This document shows, piece after piece, positions 1 through 14,573 of a stretch of DNA of 64,000 nt; position 1 is the stretch's first letter, and every line of letters starts with the position of its first letter. The stretch comes from Eledone cirrhosa (Eukaryota). A program made the position numbers and the translations under genes. The DNA is taken from assembly GCA_964016885.1 (NCBI GenBank), contig OZ024755.1:1054001-1118000 (forward strand), in the 5' to 3' direction. The notes beneath the pieces were generated by a model. That model was given only the letters and a program-made list of their open reading frames with translations. It searched no databases and was not told where the DNA came from.

Positions 1-183
1 TATACATATACATAGATATATATATATATATACTAATATAAACATATGTATATATATATATATAAATATACATAGATACCAATATCTCTATATATACAAA
101 TATATATATATATACAAATATATATAAATACAAATATATATATATATATATATACATAAATAACAATATCTCTATATATACAA

Positions 184-238
<55 letters not shown>

Positions 239-389
239 AAAGGTAAACAGAAATAACAACACAATCGATTCAGTATATGGAAGGTATATATTAGGTTAAC
301 GCTTGATATAGCAGGAAGTGTGTGTGTGTGTGTATATAGAGGTACAATTATGTTTAAATATGCAAATATATATTAATTTTTCCTTCCAG

Positions 390-3300
390 GAGTCTTAAAT
401 GGAATGAATTGTTTCGGCCCAGTTGTAGTGTTTTCTCTTGGAGGATATTTCAGTAAACAATATGTTACTCTTGAAAGTAAGTACCACTACCACTATCACC
501 ACTACCACAACCATTGTCACCACCACTACCACTATAACAGTCACCCCAACAACCATCACTTCTACTGTTACCCCAACAACCACCACAAACAATAGTAGTG
601 GTATATAGAGAATAACAGTTTTGTAAATTAATTGAAATATAAATAAAATACCTTCAAAATAAACTTGAATGACATTTTTCTCTTTCTTTTTTCCAGAAAC
701 TCCTTTTAAGCCATCTGATCGTCAGTGGATTGGGGCTTGGTGGCTGGGATTCCTTACTTTTGGTCTGGCAGCTATAATAATGTCTCTACCATTATTTCTA
801 TTTCCAAGAAAATTAAGGGAGAGTGAGAATAAACCAGAGAAGAAGAAGACTTTATCCCTTAAAGGTAAATATAACACAATCTACACAGCAGCAGACTTAT
901 AGGTAGACCCTGCCGAGCAAGAAGGTTGGATAACATCCACGAGCTTGGCTGGTCTCATTTGGGAATCCAGCCGGATCAGTTGGAGAGGGTTGCTTCTGAC
1001 ATGACCCACTGGAAGGTGTGTTTCAGGAATCTCCCCCACGACCCTCTCAGGAATATGTAAGCAAAGAAAAAAAGAAGATTAATATAAACGAATGGATAAC
1101 ACTAATAGTTACACTTACTAAACTAAATTAATAATTGTTTCTACTTTTGGCACAAGGCCAGCAATTACTCAGTACATTACTGGTACTTTATTTTATCGAC
1201 CCCGTAAGGATGAAAGGCAAAGTTAACCTCGGCCAGATTTGAACTCAGACCGTAAAGGGACGTAACTATACTGGAAAGTATGGTGTCCGACTCTCTACCG
1301 ATACTGCCAATCCACCCAAACTAAAGTAATAATCCTGTTTTGTACTTTTCAAATATGTCTTGATAATGTGGTTTGATGTGGTACAGGACATTATGAGTTA
1401 ATATTAACCATTCTTAATTTTGTTATACTTTCTTTCTTAGATATGATCCAGACATTTTATAACATGATCAAAAACCCATTATTGATTTTAATCCTCGGCC
1501 ATGTAAGTCTTGCCATATTTTCTGCCTCTGGTATGTTACCTTTTATACCAAAATATTTTGAAACTCAATTTAAATGGACTTCGTGGAAAACTAATATTGT
1601 TGTCAGTGAGTTGTGTTTTCTTTTATTTCATCATCATCACCACTACCACCACCACCACTACTACCACCACCACCAACACCACTACTACTACCACCACCAC
1701 CATCACTACTACCACCACCACCCCCTCCTCCAAATCTATTTGGGGCTCACAAAATCTTTAAGATTTTTACACATTTATTTTATACCAAATTACTATTCCT
1801 ACAACAGGTAGTTAAAATACTATATTGGATACCATTTTTCTACTTTTAAACCCTCATAGGTACCACATTTGTCCTCATGTCTGCTATTGGAATGATTATT
1901 GGTGGTGCCATTACAAGCTTCTTCAAGATGGATCTAAGAACATGTTTGAAATTTTCTATGTATCTTGTAACCTGTGACCTTCTTTTGGTCTGGATACCAA
2001 TTTTTATAACATGTCCTGAAACAGATACAATGACAGATTTAATGCCACCTCAAATAAACAGGTAACATTTCTTGCTGTGTTGTGTATCGGCAAGGGCCTT
2101 GTTTCGGGGGGTACCAGGGAACAAGACCCCCACCCCCACCACCCCAAACCAAGGGCCTTGTTTCAAGGGGGTACCAGGAGACAAGTCTCCTCCACTTTTT
2201 CAAACGTCTATATTTTATTTTTTGTTTATTTGATATAATAAATTCTTTTTAAGCTATTTTTTTATATCTGAACTTCATTTGAATATATAAAATTAAATTA
2301 GTGTAAAATTTTACTTTTTGGTTTCTTGTGGTACAGGACGTTAAGAGTTAACTTAAATCTATCAATAGCTTATAAAAACTATTTCAGACGTAAGCTTCAG
2401 ATAGATTTCTAAAGTAATCTTATAGCTTACATGTTAAAAACAAGATTTTGCTTGACTTTCATACAGTAAAAGTACAGAAGACTCCATATTTATGTGAATT
2501 GAGATTTTATTTACTCACTATCATTAAATTGTAAAAAGAAAAACATACCACATACCCCGAAACAACAAAACAAGAGACTACATTGCATTAAAAGTGAAAT
2601 GAGAGTATGTATATCTCAAATATTTGTATTAAATATAGAAATTATTGCCAAAAAACATCAACTACAGGTTTCTTATTGATAATACACAACTACAGGTTTC
2701 TTATTGATGATAAAATTAATATAAAGAATTGAGTGCTCAAGCTCCTGTATAGAGCTGCTAAAATAGTTTATCTCTATATATCTCTCTCTTTCTCTCTAAC
2801 TGTCATATAGTGACACCTTTGTTGGATCAAAGATGGGAAGGTCTAAGAGGGTGAGTCTGGGACTATTCACTATATATTCTAAATTGGAATTGTTTTAGCT
2901 GGTTTATCCTTTCTAAAATGACATGGGATGGTGTGGAGGGAATTCTCAGGGATGCTTGCTGCATGAAAACTTAACAATAAAAAGACAGATGCTGGTATAA
3001 TTCATGTAGTAATCCAAGAATTTGTACATTGTTATTTTCAGTATTAAACAATAACTTTTTTAAATTTAATCTTTGTTATTTTTTAATAGTTCTACCTCAA
3101 TGACATTCCAAGATTTTAACCAACAAAACTGTTTACAAATTGGACTCGGCGGCCTTCAATGCAATGAAAATCATTATGAACCAGTATGTGGGGAAGACGG
3201 GAGATCATTCAAATCCCCCTGTTATGCTGGCTGTCAGTATCATAACAATGAAACTAATGTAGGTTTATATAATAATCTTTTTGTTTATTGGTTGTTTTAT

Positions 3301-6300
3301 CAACCCCTTAGAGGATTAATTAATTTTACCTTTCATCATACCGGGATCAATAAAATAAAGTACCAGTTAAATACTAGGGTTGATTTAATCGACTCCCTTC
3401 ACCCAAATTGCTGGCCTTGTGATTAAATTATAAAACAATTATTTTTTCATAGTCAAATTTATAAGAAACCTTTGATATCTGACTATAATTACTATAATTT
3501 TTATCCAGTTAGCTCTTCCATTTATACTTTAAAATATTAGAATTTTATGAAAATCCTTTTTTTAAATTATAAGCATTATAATTTTATATTTTTTACAATA
3601 ATATTCATCACCAACATTGCGACCACAGTCGAACCTGACAAAGTCTCTCCACAATTCACAATTTTCCATCACTCCTGGTAACTCCTTCCTACTGAGGTTT
3701 ATATCGTCTGAGAGTTGATCTATGAAAGTTCGAACAGGTCTTCCTCTACTGTGTCTCCCGTGAGTTGGTTCCCACAATAGTAGCTTGTGTATAACTTCCT
3801 GCTTCTCCACCAATGTCCTGCAAATCACAACCATCTTTCAGCCATTGCAGTCATTATCTTAGGCAAGTTTCCATATAAACTTTAATTTATAAATATTTTT
3901 ATTTCAGATATTTTCAAACTGTTCCTGTGTTGGTAAAAGTCAAACAGCAAAAGCTGGTCTATGTTCCAATGAATGTTATGGAGGGATCTACCTAGCACTT
4001 GTCTTATCAATTCGAGCTTTTATAAACTGCATAAGTTTCAGCTCAGTTATTACTGTTTTAATAAAGTAAGTTCTTACATTTAGATTTCTTTTATTCTTTA
4101 CATAAATAAGTTTTATTAATGATTTCTAGTATAGGCACAAGGCCAGTAATTTAAGGGGAGGGGAAAGTCGATTAAATCGACCCCAGTGCATTACTGGTAC
4201 TTTATTTCATCAACCCTGTAAGGATGAAAGGCAAAGCTAACCCCTGCGGGATTCAAACTCAGAACATAAGGGCCATAACTCTATGCTGCAAGGTATGGTG
4301 TCCGACACTCTACCGAGTCTGTCAATCCACCGCCCTAGTTTTATTAATAATAATGATAATGACAATAATAATAATAGGGTGGTGGATTGGCAGTAACTGG
4401 TAGAATGTCGGACATGCTTTGTGTCATTTAGCTACGTCCCTTTACGTTCTGAGTTCAAATCCTGCAAAGGTCAGCTTTTCCTTTTAGCCTTATGGGATCG
4501 CTAAAATAAAGTACCAGTAAAGTACTGGGGTTGATTTAATCGACTTTCTCTTTCCCTCCTCCCAAAGGTCTCGTGTCTAAATCAGAAACCATTACTATTA
4601 ATAATAATAATTATTACTTCTTTATTGGCCACAAGGGCCGAAATATAATAATACAAAAACAGTGAGGACAATAATACATGTGTGTGTGTGAGAGAGAATG
4701 TGTGTGTATGAATGTGTGAATGTGTGTGTCAAAGTGAGTATGTGTGTGTGTGTGAGAGAGAGAATGTGTGTGTGAAAGTGGGTGTGTGAGTATGTGAATG
4801 TGTATGTGTGTGTGTGCTCTACTGTTGACTGTAAGGCAGGGAAAGTAAATTCAATGCCTGCTTAACATAATACCATAATGTCAGGAATGGAATATAACTT
4901 CACAATTCTTCTACTCTGAAACTTGATACCATTTCCATCTGGCTGTTGTTGATATTCTCCACTATATAATACCAAAAAAGCCTTTCTTTTCCCAACAATA
5001 ACTTTCCTAGATCCCCTAATCAGCTTAAATATTCTGTTTCTGTTTCAGGTGTGTTGGTGAATCTGATAAGGCTGTCCCATTTTCTATATTTATCTTTAAT
5101 TCTACACTTTTAGGTAAGATTTCAAGTTTCTATATTACGGGGTTTCCCTGTCTCTTGCCATATCATATCACTGTAAATACAATTTAAAGACAAAGTTATA
5201 GATCTGTGTGTATACAATATAGGGGTAACCATGACTGTGTAAATATGTCATCATCATCATCATCATCATCATCGTTTAACGTCCGTGTTCCATGCTTGCA
5301 TGGGTTTGGACGGGAGTTTTCCCACTTGAGGCAAGAGTGGTTGTCTTGCTCGCATAGGACTGTCTGGTGGGTTTTCTACAGTTGGATGCCCTTCCTAACA
5401 CCAACCACATTTACAGTGTGGGGCTGGGAGGTTTTTACCGTGTTGCCTACACGGCCACATTACAGCGTGGACTGTCTGGCAGGTTTTCTACAGCTGGATG
5501 CCCTTCCTAACACCAACCCCATTTACAGTGTGGGACTGGGACGTTTTTACCGTGTTGCCTACACGGTCACATTACAGCGTGGACTGTGTGTTTTTTTAGC
5601 ATATAGACATATAAACATGTCAAATATTTGTATTTCTCTGTCTCTTGCTATATGATATCTCTGAGACAAAGTTAGATCTGTATATAGTATAGCAATGTTA
5701 ACTTTGCCTTTCATCCTTTGGAGGTTGATAAAAAAATGTACCAGTTGATTCTTCCTCTGTATCTCTTTCTCACTTCCATTCTCTTTCTCTCTCTCTATCC
5801 TTCTCTGGAAGAAATCTGCTGTACTCAGGCCTGAAGAGGGATGGGCTCCATCAGACTTAAAATGCTCAAGAAACGCTGTATGCCACTATGGCGCCCCTAC
5901 AACTTCATCAGACCAGTGCTTATCCTGGCTTCTGTGGCAAGAAGCATCCTGTCCCCACCCCTGGACAGGATGCTAGTTCATCACAGGGTTAAACCCCCAG
6001 CTATTGCTAGTACTCATTTTAAGCTGTGTATATTGGAACGTGTTTTGATCAACAACACAACACACAACCCAGGAATCGAACCCATGACATTATGATTGTA
6101 AGTCCAACACCCTTACCACTAGGTCATGTACCTCCATTGGATATATGAATCTTTCATAAATAACATTTAAACTTTTGTCTTTTCAGGATGGATTCCTGCC
6201 CCACCATTATTTGGTATGCTGGTAGACAGCACCTGTATGAAATGGGTACCACTGCCATGTAAAGAGACCGGCGCCTGTATGTTGTATAACCTGGATGAAT

Positions 6301-6455
6301 TTAGACTTAAATTCTTTATTGTCATAACTATCATACAAATAGCATCATTTTTATTCCTTGTTGTTGCCATAGTAGTCGGTCTCAAATCTAAAAGATACAC
6401 ATCTTTACCTGTGGACATTGTTACTGAAACCATGGTTGATGATATTAGGTTATAA
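390..6455 (+). CDS. Solute carrier organic anion transporter (SLCO/OATP family), 3' part; the 5' exons lie outside the window
   Basis: Phase-consistent GT-AG exons at 390-476, 697-864, 1441-1605, 1860-2061, 3090-3258, 3908-4065, 5049-5113 and 6187-6455 (stop). OATP hallmarks are present: D.RQWIGAWWLGF, the Kazal-like loop YEPVCGEDGRSFKSPCYAGC...FSNCSCV, and GWIPAPPLFGMLVDSTCMKW...GACMLYN. The subfamily cannot be determined. Confidence 0.92.
3605..3880 (-). mobile_element. Degenerate RTE-like LINE 3' fragment
   Basis: The ORF remnant LLLWEPTHGRHSRGRPVRTFIDQL...W is typical of LINE ORF2 C-termini. Confidence 0.7.
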
Positions 6456-6955
6456 TTTCACTACATTCCATTAAAAGCCAAAAATAATAAAAATAAAAAA
6501 ATATAAAGAAAAATGTACAGATTCATCTTCAAAACAAGAATTTCATAAATTTTAAAACATTAAAAATAAAAAAAAATTTCATTTCTTCTTCTTCTTCGCC
6601 TCCCACTTATTCCTGAAAGGGTCGCGGAGGCAGAGTCCTCAAACAGTCCTTCTAGAGAGTCCTGTCAGACACAACAGTCACCAAGCAAGCCCAGCTGAAC
6701 TCATAGATGTTATCTAACCATCTTGTTCAGGGTCTCCTCCTGCCAGTGAACAGTACTGCAAAAACTGAGACACTCGTCCTCTCAGAAATATATATATTTT
6801 TTAAATCAAATATATCTTTTCTAACATTAGCACAAGGCCAGCAATTTAGAGGGAAGAGGAAAGTTGATTTTATCAAGGATGAAAGGCAAAGTTGATCTTG
6901 GCAGGATTTGAACTCAGAACATAGAAAGTTATAACTAAATTTCACAACATATTTA

Positions 6956-7419
6956 GCAGAAAATAAGTATGACAATGGCTAACTAATATGGAAGCAGAGA
7001 AAATATGAGACAATGGCTAACTAATATGGAAGCAGAGAAAATATGTGACAATGGCTAAATAATATGGAAGCAGAGAAAATATGTGACAATGGCTAAATAT
7101 GGAAGCAGAGAAAATATGTGACAATGGCTAAATAATATGGAAGCAGAGAAAATATGTGACAATGGCTAAATAATATGGAAACAGAGAAAATATGTGACAA
7201 TGGCTAAATAATATGGAAGCAGAGAAAAAATGTGACAATGGCTAAATAATATGGAAGCAGAGAAAAAATGTGACAATGGCTAAATAATATGGAAGCAGAG
7301 AAAATATGTGACAATGGCTAAATAATATGGAAGCAGAGAAAAAATGTGACAATGGCTAAATAATATGGAAGCAGAGAAAATATGTGACAATGGCTAAATT
7401 ATATGGAAGCAGAGAAAAA
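6956..7419. repeat. 38-bp minisatellite, about 12 copies
   Basis: Unit gcagagaaaatatgtgacaatggctaaataatatggaa. Confidence 0.9.
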
Positions 7420-8704
7420 TGAAATAAAACAACCAAAACTAATAAAACATTGTTTATTTCAAGAGTAATTTCAGGACAAAAATATAAATATAAAATTGAA
7501 GGAACTATAAAAGATATTTGGCTGATTAGCTGGAATTCTTATGAACCATTAATGTTCTATGATAGAATGACAATATAAATTGCTGCATCTTGTTTCATAT
7601 TCTATTGGCAATATTTTTTATATGAAATATATTTTGTTTGTATTGTGATCAACGACTTTACACAACACAAGAACTCTAAATATCAGCAGATTTCAACTTC
7701 TTTTTGATACAACAAATGACTATAATAGTTTTTTGTTATAGACCAATTACTTATTAACTTTTTCATTAACAAATAAGTTTGAATTTAAAGGGATTTAGAG
7801 TAAAATAATTAACTTTCTTGTTATTAAGTTGGTGTTTGGAACATAAATTAATTGTTTCTACTTTTGGTACAAGGTCAGCAATTACCCAGTTCATTACTGG
7901 TACTTTATTTTATCAACCCCGTAAGGATGAAAGGCAAAGTTAACCTCGGAGCGTAAAGGGCCGTGATTCTATGCTGCAAAGCATGGTGTCCGACTCTCTA
8001 CTGATACTGCCAATCCAAATGGTGAGTGAACAGACTCTAGTCAACATAAAATATCACCCGTGGCCTTGTTCAGAACCTGACAGCCTCTCCAGTGTTGGTG
8101 CCATGATAAAATACACTCAGTACGGTCTGTAAAGGGCAACCGAATGAAGATAATAGAGATGGAAGACTCTCCAGCCTGGTTGAGTATATGACAACCACTC
8201 TAGTGCTGGTGCCACAATAAAACATTCCAATACACCCAGTACACTCTGTAAAATGGTAGTGCTGATGCCTTGTTAAAATGTACCTAGTACACTCTATAAG
8301 GTGATTGGTGTTAGGAAGGGCATACACCCATAGAAAACATCCATGCTAAATATAAAATGCATGAGCATGACAAGGTCTTTCTGACCTGTTTTAGTCTTAA
8401 AAAATAGCATATTGAGGTGAAAAGTAAAAGGAATATATAGATATAAGAAGCAGTTATATATTGTGTTAATATAAAGTACTTTCGTTTTCTCAGCGAGGAT
8501 TATATTTTGAAAAGAAAACGACGAAATTCCGTGTAATAACTTTCTCAGTTTAAGAATAACAACAAACTAAATGGCTAAAAAAAAATACAAAAACACACAC
8601 GTTCATTTCAGTCGTTTAAAATTAATTAATAAGATTAGAATGGTGTTATATATATATGGAGTGGTAAAAAACCGGTAGGTTATATTCGAAGTTGGTAATA
8701 ACAT

Positions 8705-8781
<77 letters not shown>

Positions 8782-8834
8782 GGATACAATTGGATATGGA
8801 TATGATGCAACACTGATTCTGTGTTCCCTACTTT

Positions 8835-8892
<58 letters not shown>

Positions 8893-9218
8893 TGTATGTA
8901 TATCGTTGTTTAATTTCTCGCAAACTCGAGAGATTGATGAGGAAAAAAATATTTTAAAAAGTTGGTAGCAGGCACCATGAATAGGCAGCAGTTTTGGTAT
9001 ATGAGGGTTTCAGATCAACAAAATAATGGAATATTTTATAGAAAACTGTGAAATAAATGATAAAATAACATTTCTTTATTCAGCTATGACGATGAAAACG
9101 TTTGACATTTGGGCCCCAGCCGGGTGGCTGGAACAGGTAAAAGAGTATATAATATATTTGACATTTCGTAGGATGAAGGAATGGAAAGATATATAGTCAA
9201 TTTATTTATATTCCAGTT

Positions 9219-10016
9219 CTATGAACAACGTTTTAACATTGATGAACGAGCAGCTACAAGTATTTTAAAGGCTTCTTCACTACCAGGAGCAATGTTTTTG
9301 TCGGGATGAAGAAGTACCGCAAGTCGTCGATAAGCTTTGTTGATGTCGTCTTTCATTGCATTAGGATGAACACCCAGTTGTTCGTAGTCGTATTTAGCAT
9401 TTTTTAAACGGAAAATTAAATCCACTTGATCTTTAGTGAAACCCAGTTGAGTATCCAAAGGAATTTTAGTACCACCATTTTCTATAGTAGCAACTACATC
9501 ACCTAACAGAGTATTGAACATTTCAACAACTCCCTCTCCAGTTTGTGCAGAAGTTTCAAAATAATGAAAGCCATGAGAGTCTGCCCATAATCGTCCTTCT
9601 AACTCGTTTACAACTCGTCTTTTATCAACTTTGTTCCCACATACACATACAACCATATTATTAACATCATTAATATTGGTAATTTCATTTCTCATTTCTA
9701 TCAGCCACTGGTCAAGACAATCAAACGTACATCTTCTCGATAAATCAAACACTAGCAAGGCACCCTGAGCATCTTTATAGAATTCGTTACGGACTTCGTA
9801 AAACATGGCATGTCCTGCCATATCAAATATATTCAAACGAACATCCCGGTTTTTAATTTGTACTTTAGTGACACCATAATCGATTCCGATCGTTGTTAAA
9901 TATTTATGTACGAACCTTTTTTCACAATATCGTTTAACGACACAACTTTTGCCAACTTCTGTCTCACCCATCGTAATAAGTTTGATACGAAGCCTGGGAA
10001 ACTCTATTTTCTCCAT
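9219..10016 (-). CDS. DNAJC27: DnaJ homolog subfamily C member 27 (RBJ; Rab-like GTPase plus C-terminal J domain), single coding exon, 265 aa
   Basis: G1 GETEVGKS, effector TIGIDYG, G3 DMAGH (no catalytic Gln, typical of RBJ), G4 NKVD, G5 ETSA, followed by a J domain containing YRRLAVLLHPDK. Confidence 0.95.
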   Translation of the reverse strand: MEKIEFPRLRIKLITMGETEVGKSCVVKRYCEKRFVHKYLTTIGIDYGVTKVQIKNRDVRLNIFDMAGHAMFYEVRNEFYKDAQGALLVFDLSRRCTFDCLDQWLIEMRNEITNINDVNNMVVCVCGNKVDKRRVVNELEGRLWADSHGFHYFETSAQTGEGVVEMFNTLLGDVVATIENGGTKIPLDTQLGFTKDQVDLIFRLKNAKYDYEQLGVHPNAMKDDINKAYRRLAVLLHPDKNIAPGSEEAFKILVAARSSMLKRCS

Positions 10017-12090
10017 GATATTATTTAATTATATATATAATATATATTTAGAAAACATTAAAAAACGGTGACTATAACTTGTAGAATAAATAAAACATTT
10101 CAATAATGTAGGAGTCCAATAAATAATTAAATTAATAAACAGAAATTATTAGTTTCAGAAGTTAAAGTTAGGGTAATTGATATTTCCAATACATTGTGAT
10201 AACATAAAACGTTAAATACCGTTTCTGTGAGGAGTTTTAGTTGTTCTGTTCAATGTTTTCATTACGACATATTTCTGAGGAATTTAGAAAAGTTCGCTTC
10301 CATGGAGATTACAGTAGCAACAATTGATAACAAAATATATATAAAATGTAATGTTTAAATAATTATTTCCTTTTTTCTTTTATATTAAATATTGTTTCCC
10401 CTTCTGTTGCAATTTTCCCATTATGGCAGTTTGTTTTTATATATAAAATAAATCGATGGTGTAAAGAAGAGTCGCAAAAAAAAAAAAACAACAACTAAAA
10501 GTTCGGTTTTGCTGAAAAGGTTTAAATAAAATGTTGAGTCTCAACGGTGACGTAACTATAACAAACGGAGTTATCTTCTCCTTGTTAGCATGGGGTAGCT
10601 AAATACGTTAGAAATAGCAGCCAAACACCCTCCTCTTGTGGTAGCTAGATACGTTAGAAATAGCAGCCATGCAAGACAATTCCTCCACCGATTGAAGGAG
10701 AGTAGATCGGTGTCTGTTACATGTATAACAAAGCACAATAAACAATAAAGTGCATATTATATAATTCTATTATTAATTTAATTATTACATTTATACTGTA
10801 AATGTGACTCGGCTCCACATAATGTAGAACCAGTGGGAACCCTCAGTTTGTTTGCCTACAACCAGAGGGTCACATCGAAGGAGGTGATGGTTGACAGTGA
10901 CACCCGAACTGTGTTGTTTATGTCCAGTATATTCCGTAATAGTAGTAGCGTTTTCTGCCATCTCATCAGTCAGTCTTTTCCCCTTTTTAAAGAAGATCTC
11001 CAGGAAGGTTTGAGTTCTACAGATTTTCGCTAAGTGAATAGGTAAAAAAAAAAACTGTGACTGTGACAAGACGGAAAAGAGACACAAAGAGAAATGGTCA
11101 TTTTCCAAAATAAAACATCCGGTAGACTGCGATAGTCAATAAAATGGTTTTAAAAAGTGTTATTCTTTCTGTGCGGACCGGTACCGAATGGTTTAAGGAA
11201 AACAAATGGCCCCCTTTTTTGTCAAATTTAATGGCAATGCACAAGAACGACCTAGTTTTAGATAATTTGAAGCTTTTATTATAAAAACCATATACCGTAC
11301 ATGCATAGTAAAGTTAGGAATATAAAATTAAACATAAAGGCATTAGATTATTTATTACTGTTTTTGGTAGAACCCCAGGGTTCCGCGGGGACACCGGTGC
11401 TCTAAAGAAGGCTACATAAGATAGATATAGAACAAATGTGACACGATATGAACACCTAGCAGATTCTTTATTATAAAATTACCAATCTACTCGAAAGAGT
11501 ATACGTTGGGCTAAATAACACCTGGACCTGAGTTATCTACCTTACTTATGAAGAACTCTCCCATTATTTTTGTATTATTATGTAGTGGCTGCTATGTCTA
11601 GCATGTGAGGTGACCTGATAGTTCCCCTCATTCTAACGACACGTCACTAACTGAAATTTTGTCAACATTTGAAACAAACGTCTTTAATGAATGTAAACAA
11701 ATGAACACTTTTATTTACAATTGTATAAATAACATTACGAATCGTTTATAATTCTTACATAATGAAAATATAGACTAATAATATTTACAATATATAATAC
11801 TTAATTATATAAATATTACACGTTAAAATATAAATTCGAAACAAAAGAAAATATATTATAATCATAATATTTTCCACATAAAAATTATACAACAAATTTA
11901 TATATTAAATTATAAATCTCTGTCCAAAATCTCGTTCTTATTTTAAAATTGTCTTTATTTTATTTTATTTTATTTCCATACTTAACCAGTCACAAGGAAG
12001 AGAATAATTTAGCTGAGGTAAACAGAGTTGTTTTGGTAATGCAGTTCGACGTAGAAATATAATTCCATTATCAGACATCAACAACTTTAA

Positions 12091-14573
12091 ATGGCACAAC
12101 TACCAATAGAGGAACGACTGGCTAAATTTAGACAAGAAAGAACCCAAACAAAACCTTTAATTGACAGTCCAACCACTCTTTCTAGAAGAATTGTCGCATT
12201 TCGTAATACTGTGAGTAGTTCACAAAATATACATCAATTTCTGATTTTTTATGTTGTTACTTATTTATATTTATTGATGAACATAATTAATATATACCTT
12301 GTATTTATATATTGATATATAAACCCAGAGTTACTGCCTTTTACGATCTGAGTTCAAATCTCACTGAGGTTAGCTTTGCTTTTCATCTTTACGGGGCCGA
12401 TAAAATAAAGTACCAGTGATGCACTGGGTCGATTTAATCGACTTTCCCCTCCCCCAAAATTGTTGGCCTTGTCCCTAAATCAGAAACCAATACATAAACA
12501 CAATTTATATATAAAAATGTAGCACCTCTAGTGTTCAAGGGTCCCACATGTAACACCTAGTGTTCAAGGCTCCCACATGTAGCACCCAGTGTTCAAGGCT
12601 CCCACACGTAGCACCCAGTGTTCAAGGGTCCCATTGACAAATGAGACACTAACACCTAATGAAATATATCTTCTTATAGTGCTACCACTTTACATGTACT
12701 GGAAGTTTGTTTTCATGGCACCAGTACTACTACTTTACATGTACTGGGAGCTTGTTTTCATGGCACCAGCACTACCACCACCTTACAGGGTGATGGTAGT
12801 GCTGTAAGATGGTGGCTTCCTTAAAGATAGCTTTGCTGGTGCACTAGAAATGCACACACACTTGTAACAGACTACCTTCTAATGTTGGCCAACTCTTCTC
12901 GTTGAACCTAATTCTCAAACAGTTGTCATCTATTATCTATTACTGTCCAGTTTCCCACTTGATCTGGAACTAATCTGTGTTACTTTGACAATGACTGTAA
13001 ATATTTGGATCAGTTATCAGATGTTTAGCTGAGTCATTTGAACATTGGATACGGTGTATTGCTAGAGTTGTCCCAGCTTTCATTCTTTCGGAGTTGATGA
13101 TGAAAGTACCAGCCCTATACCGGTGTAGCTCTCTTCCTCTGAATATTCCATTGAAAGAGATTTTGTGTCTGCTCTCAACTCCATGAACACCTAAAACCAT
13201 CAGTGAAAGTATGATACAGACTAAGAAGTCTTCGTTAGTATGTATCATCATAGTTTATCAATGTTCCACACTAGCATGAGTGTAATCTGTTATGATGTGT
13301 GTCTTGTTGGGTTGTCTACCATTATTGAGGAACCAACCCAATCATAGATGAAGACTTCTTGAGGACATTAAAGTAGTCTACCATTGTAGAGGAACCAAAC
13401 TAGTGAAGGCAATGGATTCTAAGACCAAACAATAATGGCTTTACAATGGAATGCCTTCAAAGGTTACTTACCTGCACCCAGCCAATATGTTAGATATGTA
13501 ATATTCTTCTTAAACATCTACAAAGTCCAGAAATATTTATTGTAAAGACAGAATCTTCCAGAATAACTGAACATATAAATACTTGATTATACTAATGTTT
13601 TGTTTTTCCCAAGTCAATCTAATATAATCCTTGAGATAAGTACCTGGACACCCTGTAGTGAAGTGGTCGGGATTTAATAAAATGTTCTGATAATCACTTG
13701 TTTAGTGAATGATACATTGATGTACCATATTTGGTAAAATATAATTAGCTGCTACATACAAAAATCACCCAGCACACACTGTAAAGTGACTGTGTAGGTG
13801 TCACAACAAAAAGGACCTAACACACACTGTAAAAGTGACTGTGTAGGTGTCACGATAAAACGCACTCAGTACAGATTGTAAATGTGGTTGGTGTTAGGAA
13901 GGGTGTCCAGCTGTATGAGAAACTCATGATCAGACCTGGATTGGTTTGTCGCACAACAGGGCAACTCGTCTAACTCACCCTAGCGCAGAAAAAGGACATT
14001 ATATAGTGATAATGATTCTGCCTAGTTGCTAACATTACACTAACCTAACATGGATCAATGTTATTTTACATATATTTACTGTATATCTTTGGCACTACCA
14101 TTATTTTTACTGCTTTTATATTCCTTAACTTTGCAAGATTTATCTTGTTTTCAATTCCCAGTTGTCTTTGATCTAAGGATTAAATACATATTTTATTTCA
14201 GATCCTCCCAACTAAACCAGTTGATGATAAAAATATGTCCACAATCCCACTGGAAGACGATGAAGAAAACCTGGTATCTGAGCTGAAAACAGAACCCCCT
14301 GGAAATGTAACCATCTCAAGGACCTTGTTTATTCTCAAAATAATTCTGTGGTTGATTTTGTGGGGTTTCTTTGTTGAAATAGGGTTTGGAGCTGTTTATT
14401 TTATCGTATCAGCTTTTATTTTTATTTATAAAAATACTAATACTGGTTCCAAAAAGAAAACTGGTCCCAGTGCCTACTCTGTATTCAACCCTGACTGTGA
14501 ACGTTTAGACGGAACATTTACTGCGGAACAGTTTGAGAAAGAATTGCGATATGGCTCTGGATCAGTAAAATGA
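12091..14573 (+). CDS. SAYSD1: SAYSvFN domain-containing protein 1, about 163 aa
   Basis: Exons 12091-12210 (donor act|gtgagt) and 14202-14573 join in frame. A hydrophobic hairpin is followed by the signature SAYSVFNPDCERLDGTFTAEQFEKEL. Confidence 0.93.

Noticed and set aside
395-1849. Poly-His, poly-Thr, poly-Pro and poly-Val ORFs (also near 27800, 33365-33566 and 42002)
   Set aside because: These are (CAC/CAT)n microsatellites in introns, read through from real exons or arising by chance.
12900-13260. 93-aa minus-strand ORF in the SAYSD1 intron
   Set aside because: It has no recognisable domain. It is probably decayed LINE sequence but too degenerate to call.
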